DNA from: an uncultured Candidatus Saccharibacteria bacterium
GTDB taxonomy: Bacteria; Patescibacteriota; Saccharimonadia; Saccharimonadales; Saccharimonadaceae
DNA length: 64,000 nt
NCBI GenBank assembly: GCA_947305655.1
Contig: CAMZEA010000001.1
Span: 62,211 to 126,210, forward strand
Reading direction: 5' to 3'
Shown piece after piece: positions 25,813 through 34,615 of this stretch (its first letter is position 1; each line of letters begins with the position of its first letter). The notes beneath the pieces are model-generated. The model was not told the DNA's origin and searched no databases. It was given only the letters and a program-made list of their open reading frames with translations. The position numbers were made by a program, and so were the translations under genes.

Positions 25813-27234
25813 ATGAAAAAATTCATTATATCCATCATTGTCAGCTTATGTCTTTCGCCGAGTTGTTTTGCGCTTGAGAACCAATGAATAGATAACTGCC
25901 CGTATGTTGAGGCATTATTCGCGCGCGGGTCGGGCGCGGAGGCTTATCATTCGGAGGTTTATTACGAAGTCATTGATGGCCTTGAGCTGGCCTATAAGAG
26001 CTATGGATTGACATATCGTCTGACGGAGGTTGAATATCCGGCGGTACCGGTTGCGAATTTGCAGCAGATTTTTGAGGCGTATATTTCGGCCGGGAGGGCG
26101 TACGAATTTGGTGCGAGCGTCGAGGCTGGCGTGCAGAGCATCTTGGATTATAGAGACTATATGCACTGGAAATGCCCTGATGAGAAGTTCGTTTTAATTG
26201 GATATTCGCAGGGGGCAATGGTCGTAAAGGACGCGGCAAAGAGTTTTGATAGTGACGAGCTGAGGTTTGTCTTGACGATTGGCGATCCGGAAACGTATTT
26301 GCCGGAGGGCGAGGGCTGGTTCCCTCGAGCATGCACATCTTCGAACGTTGATTACAGTTTGTCCAGATGGCGTTACTACGCGCCTGAATGTCATACCTAC
26401 GAGGGACTGTTTGGCGGCGCGAAGCCGTACGAACCGGAGAAGTTTCGGAATAAATATTCCCTGATGTGCAACCGCGATGATTTTATTTGCGGTAGCTCGC
26501 ATAATCCATTCCGGAATGGTGGCCATACTGCCTACGCTGGCACTGGGCTAGTACGCGATGCGGTGTGCGATTTGGTTGATGCAAAATATCGAGCGGAGCG
26601 AACTTATCTCGAGGGATTGACGGAGCGCCCGGTAGTGAGCCGGAGCGCCGAGAACATTGTGCTCGCTTCTTCCGAGCAGGCTTCGCCCAGTGTTCGGATG
26701 CAACGAATTGACGGCGACAAGGTTTTGCTCATGTGGAACGCGCCGCCGGCTACTGGCTATGCGATGATTAGTCTGAACGGCGTAGTCTTAGGATATGTAG
26801 AGGCGGTGCGTGGCGAGCTAGAAATACGAGATTTAGACTATCGGGTTGAGAATAAAATAACCGTGTCATTTTTGGGGTCTGATGGCGAGACTACGACTAG
26901 TGATAGCTATGCCCTGCCAACCGTTATAGTTCCGCTCGAGGAAGAGGCTGTTGTTTCGGAGGCGATACCGGTTGAAGATTCGCCTGCGCCGGATTCGGAG
27001 GCGGCGCCTTCTGGCGATGGTCCGGCTCGCGTAGAGGCGGCCATAGATATGCCGATGCCGCAAATCGATAATGATTCGGAGAGTGCTCCGACGGTTGGGT
27101 CGTCAAAAAATGATCCGCGAAATCCTCTTTCGCGCGATTCGCCTGGCAGTAGTCGTATGCCGCTTAAAATCACGATAGCACTCATGGGCGCTAGCGGCGC
27201 TCTACTATTGTTTTGGCTCGGTAGGCGACGATAG
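25813..27234 (+). CDS. Cutinase-family secreted serine hydrolase with FN3-like domain and C-terminal anchor; interrupted by an in-frame TGA at 25885-25887 (possible pseudogene or read-through)
   Basis: ATG 25813 gives the signal peptide MKKFIISIIVSLCLSPSCFALENQ, then TGA, then in frame IDNCPYVEALFARGSGAE... (cutinase N-terminal strand), GYSQGA nucleophile elbow, and C-terminal LKITIALMGASGALLLFWLGRRR. The track ORF starts only at TTG 26008. Confidence 0.65.
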
Positions 27235-28455
27235 CTATTTGTCGAGGCCGGAAAGTGTCGTATTCCAGTTGAGGCGTTGCCCGATTGAGGCTTGGTCGGC
27301 TTGGTCAGCTAAGCGCGTGATGCGGTTGCCGGCGCTGGTTGTTGCGTGATAACTATATTCCCATTTGATGGTCGGTCGATCTAGTTTTTCGGCTTGGATT
27401 TTTTCGAAGCAAGTCGCCTTGTTTTTGAGACATTTTTCGCCGAGTGCATTCCATGCCTCTAGGTCATCTTCGTCGGCCGTGATAATAATATTCGCTTCAA
27501 TCGCTGCGCTGCGCGGGACCTCGTTGTTGCTGGTTTGGTCGAACATGAAGTTGCCGAGCGAGTAAGTAATAAGCTTGCCTTTGTAGGCTTCGGTGTCTTG
27601 GACGGTGTGCGGGTGGTCTGCAATGACCGCGTCGGCGCCTTCGTCAATAAAGCGGCGATAGATGTTTTGACGGAGCTGGTCGTGCGCGGTTTTATACTCT
27701 GCTCCCATGTGCGGCATAACGATGGTCGGTATAGTGGCGGCGTAAGCTTTGACATTCTCGTGATAGTCTTCTCCCGGGACGCCATATACGCCATGTGCGC
27801 TGCAGAAACCAAACGGGAAGGTCATTTCTTTGGTCTCGCCGTTGTCTAAGGTGGCTACGACTGGGAGGACGAGGATGCCGCAGTTATTGGCGTCAGTTTC
27901 GTCGTTTGCGTATTCGGGGTCGTTCCTGTCGTTCCCTGTGCGCTTTGGTGTGCCGAAATACTGGATATCGTATTTGCCGAGATAGCTACGGGTTGTGCGG
28001 AGGCCTTCTAGCCCCTGGTTCCCGGCATGGTTATTGCCGAGTAAAAATGCGGTAAAGTATTTTGCGGCTTCAGGTAGATAGTCCGGGTCGCAGTTAAACT
28101 TAAAGATCGATTCCTCTTCTTTGTAGTTATGCCCGTTATCGGTGATTGGGCATTCTAGGCCGCCAATCCATGCTTGGTATTTGTCTCGTTCTAGCGTGTC
28201 GAGTTGAGAGAATGGGTACTTGACGCCAAGCTCTGAGGCGCGCGCATTTTGATTAGTTCTACGACCCCAAAACGTGGTGCCGACGAAGAGATACTTCGCG
28301 TTCATTTTGGTGATTTTTGGATCTGGCGGAGTTTCCTCTGCGACAGGAGATGCTGTTTCGTTGGTGCTATTTGTTACGCAGAATAAGATGGCGCAGACGA
28401 CAGCCGCAACCGCTAAGACGCCGGCTCCAATAAAAACCAATGTCTTCTTTTTCAT
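27235..28455 (-). CDS. CapA-family (metallophosphoesterase-like) membrane-anchored protein
   Basis: N-terminal TM. Motifs NNHAGN, VMPHMGAEY, ADHPHTVQ. TATAAT-N6-ATG. Confidence 0.8.
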   Translation of the reverse strand: MKKKTLVFIGAGVLAVAAVVCAILFCVTNSTNETASPVAEETPPDPKITKMNAKYLFVGTTFWGRRTNQNARASELGVKYPFSQLDTLERDKYQAWIGGLECPITDNGHNYKEEESIFKFNCDPDYLPEAAKYFTAFLLGNNHAGNQGLEGLRTTRSYLGKYDIQYFGTPKRTGNDRNDPEYANDETDANNCGILVLPVVATLDNGETKEMTFPFGFCSAHGVYGVPGEDYHENVKAYAATIPTIVMPHMGAEYKTAHDQLRQNIYRRFIDEGADAVIADHPHTVQDTEAYKGKLITYSLGNFMFDQTSNNEVPRSAAIEANIIITADEDDLEAWNALGEKCLKNKATCFEKIQAEKLDRPTIKWEYSYHATTSAGNRITRLADQADQASIGQRLNWNTTLSGLDK

Positions 28456-28473
28456 AGCTTCATTATAGCTTAA

Positions 28474-29187
28474 TTATGGGCGAGTGGAGGCAACTTTGTG
28501 CGCGCGGGTTTCGGCGGTGTCGTTTAGGCGTGCAAGCTTAGCCGGCTGTCCGGTTTGGCGTTCGATGGCTTTTGAAATCAGGAAGTCTGTGATACGTGGG
28601 TTCTTCGGAAGGATTGGGCCATGGAGATAGGTGCCGATGCAGTTATGATATCTAGCGCCCTCCAACTCGTCGTCTCCATTGTTGCCGTTGCCCTTAGAAA
28701 CGGTCCCGAGCGGGCGGACGTTCTTGCCGAGCCTCGTTAGCCCGGAGTGGTTTTCGTAACCGACGATTTCGCCAAATTCTGATTCGTCAACGACGACGTT
28801 GCCGATTAGGCGGTTTTTGCCTGCGACCGTATGAAGGTCGAGTATGCCGATGCCTTCGATTTTGTTGCCGTCGCCGGTCTGGAAGTATTCGCCGAATAGT
28901 TGATAAAGTCCACATACGACCAGAGTTGGAACGTCGGATTCAACGAGCTCTTTTAGTTTTGGTCCGATAGCGCGAAGGTCGTCCTCGATAGTGTTTTGGT
29001 TGGAATCTTGGCCGCCACCGCCAAAAATAATATCGATGTCGTCTGGAATTGGGTCGCCTGGTTCGTGGACGACGACTTCGGCTTTAATGCCGCGCCATTC
29101 ACAGCGTTTGACAATAGAAAGGATATTGCCATGATCGCCGTAGAGATTCATTTCTTTTGGATAGAGATGGAGGATTCTTAGTTTCAT
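28474..29187 (-). CDS. gatD: Lipid II isoglutaminyl synthase, glutaminase subunit GatD (CobQ-type GATase)
   Basis: VVCGLYQLFGEYF (nucleophile Cys) and TYLHGPILPKNP (His). ATGA overlap with murT. Confidence 0.85.
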   Translation of the reverse strand: MKLRILHLYPKEMNLYGDHGNILSIVKRCEWRGIKAEVVVHEPGDPIPDDIDIIFGGGGQDSNQNTIEDDLRAIGPKLKELVESDVPTLVVCGLYQLFGEYFQTGDGNKIEGIGILDLHTVAGKNRLIGNVVVDESEFGEIVGYENHSGLTRLGKNVRPLGTVSKGNGNNGDDELEGARYHNCIGTYLHGPILPKNPRITDFLISKAIERQTGQPAKLARLNDTAETRAHKVASTRP

Positions 29188-30416
29188 AGTATGCTCTTTC
29201 CTGAGATGATTTTGCGTATTTCTAGCATGGCAGTATAGGTGGCAAAAATGCGTTTTGGTTTTTCGCCGTTCTTTGTGAATCTCTCGATGGCGGCCTTTAG
29301 GTCTTCGACGACTGCGCCGGTTTCGATTTCGTCATATTTGAGGCGTAGTGCCATGTCGGTTGCGCGAACGCCGGAAACGACTTTGACGTGCTTTAGGCCC
29401 TTGAAGTTTACGTTCCAGAGCCAGGAGACGTCGCGCCCGTCGGCAATTGCGTCATTAATGGCAATCATATATTCATGTTCGTCGTCGACGAAGGAAGCAA
29501 GGCTGAGCTGGAAGGCGCTTGGGTTTTTGACGAGTAATAGCTCGACTTCGGCGCCGTTAATCATGAAAGTTTCGCCACGCCCAAATGCGGACTTAATTTT
29601 CGCAAGTGATTCGATTAGTCTCGCGTTGTCGCTGTCCGGTAAGACGGTCTTTACGAGCGCGAGCGCACCGGCGGCGTTATAGGCATTGTATATGCCTTTG
29701 ACGTTTAACGAAGCTGTATATTCTTCTTTGCCGATTGTGAAAGTGGCTTCTTTGCCTAGTTTTTCTAGCGTAGCGAGGGCTGGCTTTCTTGATGCCTTCT
29801 CCCTGTGTTTCGTGAGTAGATCGTCGTCGGATGGGAACTCGCCAATCAACTCGTCGGAGAGCCCGAAATAGACGGTGCTTTTAGCTTCAATTTTGCCAAT
29901 GCGCGGATCTTCGCGGTTTAGGATAACTGCTTTCTTGGTGGCCTTTGCGACTTTTTTAAGGCAGTCGGCGGTGTGGTCGATTTCTCCGAAGCGGTCGAGC
30001 TGGTCGCGCTGGACGTTGAGCAGCAATGCATAGTCGATCGGCGCAACCTCACTGTATTTGACAGCGTGTGCCTCGTCGAGTTCTAGAACGGCGATATCAT
30101 AATCGAATTTGCCGCTAATTTTGATGTTCTTCAAGATGGCGGAAATGACGCCGCGGACAAAGTTGCTACCGGTGTTATTCGTGAAGACTTTGAGTCCCTG
30201 TGCTTCAAAAAGTTCGGCGACCATTTTGGTTGTCGTGGTTTTACCGTTAGTACCGGAAACTACGACGACGCCATAGGGCAGTTTGCCGAGAATGTCGCGG
30301 ACAAAATGCGGGTCTCTGCGTTCGACGACGAGGCCTGGTAAGGCAGAACCGCCGTTACCGCGTAAACGGGTGAGTTTTTGAACGGTTTTACCGAGAATTA
30401 TGCTCGTTTTCTTCAT
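29184..30416 (-). CDS. murT: Lipid II isoglutaminyl synthase, Mur-ligase-like subunit MurT
   Basis: VSGTNGKTTTT P-loop and Mur-ligase middle-domain layout. Coupled to gatD. Confidence 0.85.
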   Translation of the reverse strand: MKKTSIILGKTVQKLTRLRGNGGSALPGLVVERRDPHFVRDILGKLPYGVVVVSGTNGKTTTTKMVAELFEAQGLKVFTNNTGSNFVRGVISAILKNIKISGKFDYDIAVLELDEAHAVKYSEVAPIDYALLLNVQRDQLDRFGEIDHTADCLKKVAKATKKAVILNREDPRIGKIEAKSTVYFGLSDELIGEFPSDDDLLTKHREKASRKPALATLEKLGKEATFTIGKEEYTASLNVKGIYNAYNAAGALALVKTVLPDSDNARLIESLAKIKSAFGRGETFMINGAEVELLLVKNPSAFQLSLASFVDDEHEYMIAINDAIADGRDVSWLWNVNFKGLKHVKVVSGVRATDMALRLKYDEIETGAVVEDLKAAIERFTKNGEKPKRIFATYTAMLEIRKIISGKSIL

Positions 30417-30446
30417 AAAATATCCATATTCATTATACCACGAAAG

Positions 30447-30468
30447 AAAAATAGCCCGTTTGGGGCTA
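30447..30468 (-). terminator. Intrinsic terminator after the 86-aa gene
   Basis: Minus-sense TAGCCC-caaac-GGGCTA followed by TTTTT. Confidence 0.55.
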
Positions 30469-30485
30469 CTCTTCGGGGCGCTCGA

Positions 30486-30746
30486 TTAGCCTTCGGTCAG
30501 CGTCCATGCGAGGGACGTCGAATCGAATTCGAGCTGGCAATGCATTTTGCCGACGACACATTGGAAGATGTGCTTGGCAGTATTGCCGACGAACTTGATG
30601 CGAGCACCGATAGTTTCGGTAATCTCGATCTTGTCCTCCCCTGCTTTTCGAAAGTAAAGCGGCTGGCATGGGATGCGGCTGTAGTTAAACAGCGCCATGA
30701 CCTCGACCGGTTCACTTTTGGCTAATTGGTTGTTAATGTTTTTCAT
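30486..30746 (-). CDS. 86-aa conserved hypothetical protein, paralog of the polymerase-coupled 93-aa ORF
   Basis: AAGGAG SD 7 nt before the ATG. Shared motifs with 5116..5397: PCQPLYFRK / HCRPIAFRL; IEITETIG / VQISEIGL; LEFDSTSLAWTL / IALDSESLCWYL. Confidence 0.75.
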   Translation of the reverse strand: MKNINNQLAKSEPVEVMALFNYSRIPCQPLYFRKAGEDKIEITETIGARIKFVGNTAKHIFQCVVGKMHCQLEFDSTSLAWTLTEG

Positions 30747-30855
30747 AAATTACTCCTTAAATTGATTAGATTTTTTGGAGTCATTTATGTGAGCCATGGT
30801 TTTCGGCTCGGTGCCGCCCGCACAATGACGAGATGCAGACGACGATGCGCATTAC

Positions 30856-30883
30856 CGATAACAGTGACCGAAGTATGTTATCG
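30856..30883 (-). promoter_or_regulatory. 5'-terminal mRNA hairpin with UUCG loop (copy B), 7 nt after a TATAAT box (30891-30896)
   Basis: mRNA sense CGATAACA-t-ACTTCGGT-cac-TGTTATCG. Same 13-nt core as copy A, with a different but still complementary outer stem. Confidence 0.45.
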
Positions 30884-31073
30884 TGATTTCATTATATATG
30901 GGTTATTCCGCTTATGCTAGTCTTGAAATGCGAGATTTTTCGAGGGGTAATAGCGTGGAAAAGCGGATTTTGGTCGGTGGATTAATTGTGGGTTAGTTTT
31001 TTGATTTTTGCCCAGAAACGGAAATGCTACGCTTGGTAGCGTAGCATCTGCGTGTGGTTAACCTTATAATTAT

Positions 31074-31102
31074 AGTATAGCACAGATTAGCTAAAAAGTC
31101 AA
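31074..31102 (-). promoter_or_regulatory. Orphan promoter, TTGACT-N17-TGcTATACT, in a gene-free interval
   Basis: Minus-sense TTGACT (31097-31102) and TATACT (31074-31079). Followed by the 9-bp hairpin ATGCTACGC/GCGTAGCAT at 31024-31047. Confidence 0.35.
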
Positions 31103-31117
31103 TAATATTGTGGCAAT

Positions 31118-31150
31118 CTAAAAGCTCGGTCGTCTTATTGACCGAGCTTT
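31118..31150 (-). terminator. Intrinsic terminator after the 110-aa gene
   Basis: AAAGCTCGGTC-8 nt-GACCGAGCTTT followed by T (11-bp stem). Confidence 0.7.
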
Positions 31151-31175
31151 GTAGAAAAGGTGCTGGGCGGACTAG

Positions 31176-31508
31176 TTAGATGCGCGCGAGGGCGGTGCAC
31201 CCGATAATCTGGCCGTCATTCCCGCGAACCGGGCCGGACGTTACCAGAAGATCGGCGCAAGTACGCCCCTCCGCTCTGGCCGCGTTAGCCGTAGTGATCG
31301 ACACGATGTAGTATGTGCCGTCGACGGGCGTCGGGAGACCTTCGGTCTTGCCGAACCGCATCGAGACTATGTCGATGCCGTTCAGGCTATCTACGACCTC
31401 TACTGTCTGAGTTGCCCGAGCAACGCCCTCACTCGGGAACGTTGCCTTTACTTTGCCGTCTGCGATAATTGACACCTCGTGAGGTGTCAGATTGATAATG
31501 TTTGCCAT
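31176..31508 (-). CDS. Hypothetical protein (110 aa, NLTPHE... N-terminus)
   Basis: GGAGGA SD 8 nt before the ATG. Clean ORF with its own consensus promoter and terminator. Confidence 0.75.
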   Translation of the reverse strand: MANIINLTPHEVSIIADGKVKATFPSEGVARATQTVEVVDSLNGIDIVSMRFGKTEGLPTPVDGTYYIVSITTANAARAEGRTCADLLVTSGPVRGNDGQIIGCTALARI

Positions 31509-31689
31509 GTTTTTCTTCCTCCATTTATATATTTATTTTTGAGACAAGCTATTTCTCGATGAAAGTGTATTCGTCGAAAAACAGCTTATCTCAACATGAG
31601 GCGAAATATGGCGTTCAAGCTAATTCGCTGAGATGCCTCCTTGAAATTAACTCATATACTATTATACTACAAAGCGCGTAATTTGTCAA
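31509..31689 (-). promoter_or_regulatory. Consensus promoter (TTGACA-N17-TATAAT, 31661-31689) plus about 145-nt structured 5' leader
   Basis: The leader contains the 10-bp stem GAGAUAAGCU/AGCUUGUCUC (31541-31592) enclosing an inner helix. No ORF with a usable start. Confidence 0.45.
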
Positions 31690-31755
31690 TACTAATCTAA
31701 GTTTTCGATTAGTTCTATGACTTCCGGGAATTCTGTTAGGCCAGACCCAATGGTC

Positions 31756-32403
31756 TTACCAGTTAATTGGGGTTTTGCCCCACTTTTCGAGTTGCTCATT
31801 GCACTTAACGAAGTGGCCGTTGCCGAAGAAGCCATTGTAGGCGGAGAGCGGCGATGGGTGGGCGGATTCGAGGACCAGGTGCTTTGATTTGTCGATGAGC
31901 GTCGCCTTATTGCGAGCGTCGCGGCCCCAGAGGAGAAAAACGAGATGATCGGCATGCTCATTTAGATATTTGATAATATGTTCAGTGAAAGTTTCCCAGC
32001 CTTTGCCGCGGTGGCTGCCGGCGAGGTGGGCTTCGACGGTCAGAACGTTATTGAGCAGCAAAACGCCCTGCTCTGCCCAGCGAGTGAGGTTGCCAGAAGT
32101 TGGGATTGGTGCGCCGGTTTCTTCATGAATTTCTTTGAAAATATTCTGTAGGCTTGGCGGCAACTCAATGCCGTCGCGGACGGAAAATGCAAGGCCGTGC
32201 GCCTGGCCTGGGCCGTGATATGGGTCTTGGCCAATTATGACGACCTTGACGTCATTTAGGTCTGTCGTGAAGGCGGAAAAAACCTGCTGCTTTGGCGGAA
32301 AAATCTTCTTTTTCTCGTAGGCGATATGCAAAAATTCGGAAAGCTCCTTGAAATATGGCTGGTCGAATTCGGCTTTTAGGACCGGCTTCCAGGAATCGTG
32401 CAT
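31756..32403 (-). CDS. ung: Uracil-DNA glycosylase (family 1)
   Basis: [18 protein letters not shown] and HPSPLSA motifs. Confidence 0.95.
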   Translation of the reverse strand: MHDSWKPVLKAEFDQPYFKELSEFLHIAYEKKKIFPPKQQVFSAFTTDLNDVKVVIIGQDPYHGPGQAHGLAFSVRDGIELPPSLQNIFKEIHEETGAPIPTSGNLTRWAEQGVLLLNNVLTVEAHLAGSHRGKGWETFTEHIIKYLNEHADHLVFLLWGRDARNKATLIDKSKHLVLESAHPSPLSAYNGFFGNGHFVKCNEQLEKWGKTPINW

Positions 32404-32404
32404 A

Positions 32405-33016
32405 TTAGAGTCCGAAGAGCTTGATGAGGCCGGCCTGGATTTCTTCGATGGACGGACTGGCGTCGACGGTTGGGATATTGAAGTCTTTGGCGATATGAAG
32501 ATAGGCGCTGTCTACGCGATGTTGGAAATCCATAGACTTCGATTCGAACGTATCGTTTTTCGAATTATCATCGCGGCCCGTTTGGCGAGCGAGGCGGGTT
32601 TCGTCCGGAAGGGTGAGAATTGCGCATTTATCTGGCTTTACGTACTGTTCCGGCATGGATTCTTTGGTGACGCGGATGATTTTGCTGCGACTAACGCCCT
32701 GGCCGTACCCTTGGTAAGCGAGCGTCGACCACCAGTTGCGGGCGGAAACGACGTAGCCGCCTTCTTTTAAGACTGGTTCGGCGAGCTTGCGCCAGAGTTC
32801 CTGACGGGCAGCCGTGAAAAGCAAAACGTGCGTGAATGGCTCGAGGTTATATTTCTTGTCTTTGATGATGCGGCGGAGTTCGTGGGCGGATTCGAGGTCG
32901 CCATCTGGCTCGTGCATGGTAATGACTGGTTTGCCGGTTTTGCGAAGATGCTCGGCGAGCAATTCGACTTGGGTTGATTTTCCGGTGGCGTCTTGGCCTT
33001 CGATGACGATGTACAT
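32405..33016 (-). CDS. tmk: Thymidylate kinase
   Basis: [16 protein letters not shown]-loop and dTMP kinase layout. Confidence 0.9.
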   Translation of the reverse strand: MYIVIEGQDATGKSTQVELLAEHLRKTGKPVITMHEPDGDLESAHELRRIIKDKKYNLEPFTHVLLFTAARQELWRKLAEPVLKEGGYVVSARNWWSTLAYQGYGQGVSRSKIIRVTKESMPEQYVKPDKCAILTLPDETRLARQTGRDDNSKNDTFESKSMDFQHRVDSAYLHIAKDFNIPTVDASPSIEEIQAGLIKLFGL

Positions 33017-33017
33017 A

Positions 33018-33269
33018 TTAATGCCTCACTTTACTTTCAATTTCTTGTAGCTCGAAACGGTATTTTTGCTTAATGTCTGGATATTTTTCGTGGTCCACTT
33101 CGCTCGTAAACAGATCGTATGGGCGTGCATATAGTCTGCCATCTTCGTAAAGTTGGCGGTAAATAACCATTTTCTCTCCGGTCTCAGAATGAGTGGCGAT
33201 TGCCTCGACGAGATAGCTGTCGCCTTTGAAATGTTTGTAGACCCGGCCGATTAGTATTTCGCGACTCAT
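33018..33269 (-). CDS. DUF1653-like small protein
   Basis: [31 protein letters not shown]...ARPYDLF pattern. ATGA overlap with hisS. Confidence 0.7.
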   Translation of the reverse strand: MSREILIGRVYKHFKGDSYLVEAIATHSETGEKMVIYRQLYEDGRLYARPYDLFTSEVDHEKYPDIKQKYRFELQEIESKVRH

Positions 33270-34561
33270 AGTGCGAGCGCCTCAGTCTCACCCGTTGCTA
33301 AATCTTTGGCCTGGAGGTTGCCGGAAGCGGCTTCGTCGCCACCGACGACGACGGCGTACTTTGCGATTTTACCAGCGCGGTTGAACTTGTTGCCGAGCTT
33401 ACGATCGTCAAAGTCGATATCGACATTGAAGCCTTTGGCGCGGAGTTGGTCGGCGACTTTCATCGTGTAGGCAAATTCGTTTTCGCTAAGCGGCATTAGT
33501 ACGTAGTCGACCGGTGCGGCTGTCTCGGTATTAAGTAATTTTTGGTCGTTCAAGACGAAGAAGAGGCGCGTGAGGCCGATGCTGCCGCCGACGCCTGGGA
33601 AGGCCTGGTCAGAGAAGTTGCCGGCGAGGTTTTCGTAGCGACCGCCACTGCTGATACTGCCGATTTCGCGGTAGTCCTTGAGGAAGGTTTCGTAAACGGT
33701 GCCAGTGTAGTAATCTAGACCGCGGATAATCATGAGGTCGATTTCGAGGTCGCTCATGCTCTCTTTGGCATTCAAAATATCGAAAACGGTTTTTAGCTCG
33801 TCGAGGCCTTCGCGGACCGGCGCGAGGTCGCCGATAATCTCAGCAAGCTTGCTCTCGACCGTAGCGTAATCGCCCTTCGTGAACATGAAAGCCATGGTCT
33901 TCTCGACTTGTTCGCCGCTTAGGCCAAGTTTTTCGAGCTGTTCGCGGGATGCTTCGACGGGGACCTTTTCGGCGTGGTCGATAATGCTGCTAATCTCGGC
34001 AGACTTGTCGCTAGCGTTGATGGCGGTTAGGAAACCAGCGAGAACTTTGCGGTTGCTGATGCGAATCTTCATCTCTGGGAGATTGAAGGTCTTGAGCGCG
34101 TCGTGGATACAGGCGATAACCTTCGCGTCATATGCGATTGGAAGTTTGTCGCGACCAATGATGTCACAGTCGCACTGATAAAATTCGCGGAAGCGGCCAC
34201 GTTGGGCGCGTTCGCCACGGAAGTTGCGATTGATCTGGGTGACCTGGAATGGGAAAACGAGATCATTGTTGTGCTCGACGACATAGCGTGCAAGCGGAAC
34301 GGTGTGGTCGAAGCGCAAAGCCTGGTCGGCACTATCGGCAGACTCGGCAGTTTTGCTTACCATATAAATCTGCTTTTCGGTGTCGCCGCCGGCCTTCGCG
34401 AGGAGAACCTCGGCACGTTCGATAATTGGAGTCTCAATATTTAGGAAGCCGTAATGATGGTATACGTCGCTGATGTTTTGTTTGAGCTTGTCAAAAATGG
34501 CCTGCTCAGTTGGTAATAGTTCTTGCATGCCGGAAAGCGGCGACGTATTAATTTTCTTCAT
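33266..34561 (-). CDS. hisS: Histidine--tRNA ligase
   Basis: Class II motifs [36 protein letters not shown]. Start set at ATG 34561 by TGCTATACT-N6-ATG. Confidence 0.95.
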   Translation of the reverse strand: MKKINTSPLSGMQELLPTEQAIFDKLKQNISDVYHHYGFLNIETPIIERAEVLLAKAGGDTEKQIYMVSKTAESADSADQALRFDHTVPLARYVVEHNNDLVFPFQVTQINRNFRGERAQRGRFREFYQCDCDIIGRDKLPIAYDAKVIACIHDALKTFNLPEMKIRISNRKVLAGFLTAINASDKSAEISSIIDHAEKVPVEASREQLEKLGLSGEQVEKTMAFMFTKGDYATVESKLAEIIGDLAPVREGLDELKTVFDILNAKESMSDLEIDLMIIRGLDYYTGTVYETFLKDYREIGSISSGGRYENLAGNFSDQAFPGVGGSIGLTRLFFVLNDQKLLNTETAAPVDYVLMPLSENEFAYTMKVADQLRAKGFNVDIDFDDRKLGNKFNRAGKIAKYAVVVGGDEAASGNLQAKDLATGETEALAL

Positions 34562-34583
34562 AATTAAAGTATAGCACATCTAG

Positions 34584-34610
34584 AAAAAGTCTCCCCTGTT
34601 GGAGAGACTT
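34584..34610 (-). terminator. Intrinsic terminator
   Basis: Minus-sense AAGTCTCTCC-aaca-GGGGAGACTT followed by TTTT. Confidence 0.6.
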
Positions 34611-34615
34611 CGACT

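Noticed and set aside
25885-25960. UGA recoding as part of an alternative genetic code, or selenocysteine directed by the GC-rich hairpin GCGCGC-GGGUCGG-GCGCG about 35 nt downstream
   Set aside because: TGA terminates at least four other genes here, and all long ORFs are intact under the standard code. The hairpin lies in codons for the conserved FARGSGAE motif, is too far from the UGA for a bacterial SECIS, and no sel genes are visible. It is kept only as something to exclude.
26008-27234. TTG 26008 as the true start of the cutinase-like gene (as in the ORF track)
   Set aside because: It would remove the export signal and the conserved N-terminal cutinase strand, which is encoded in frame just upstream. 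No SD or -10 box precedes it.
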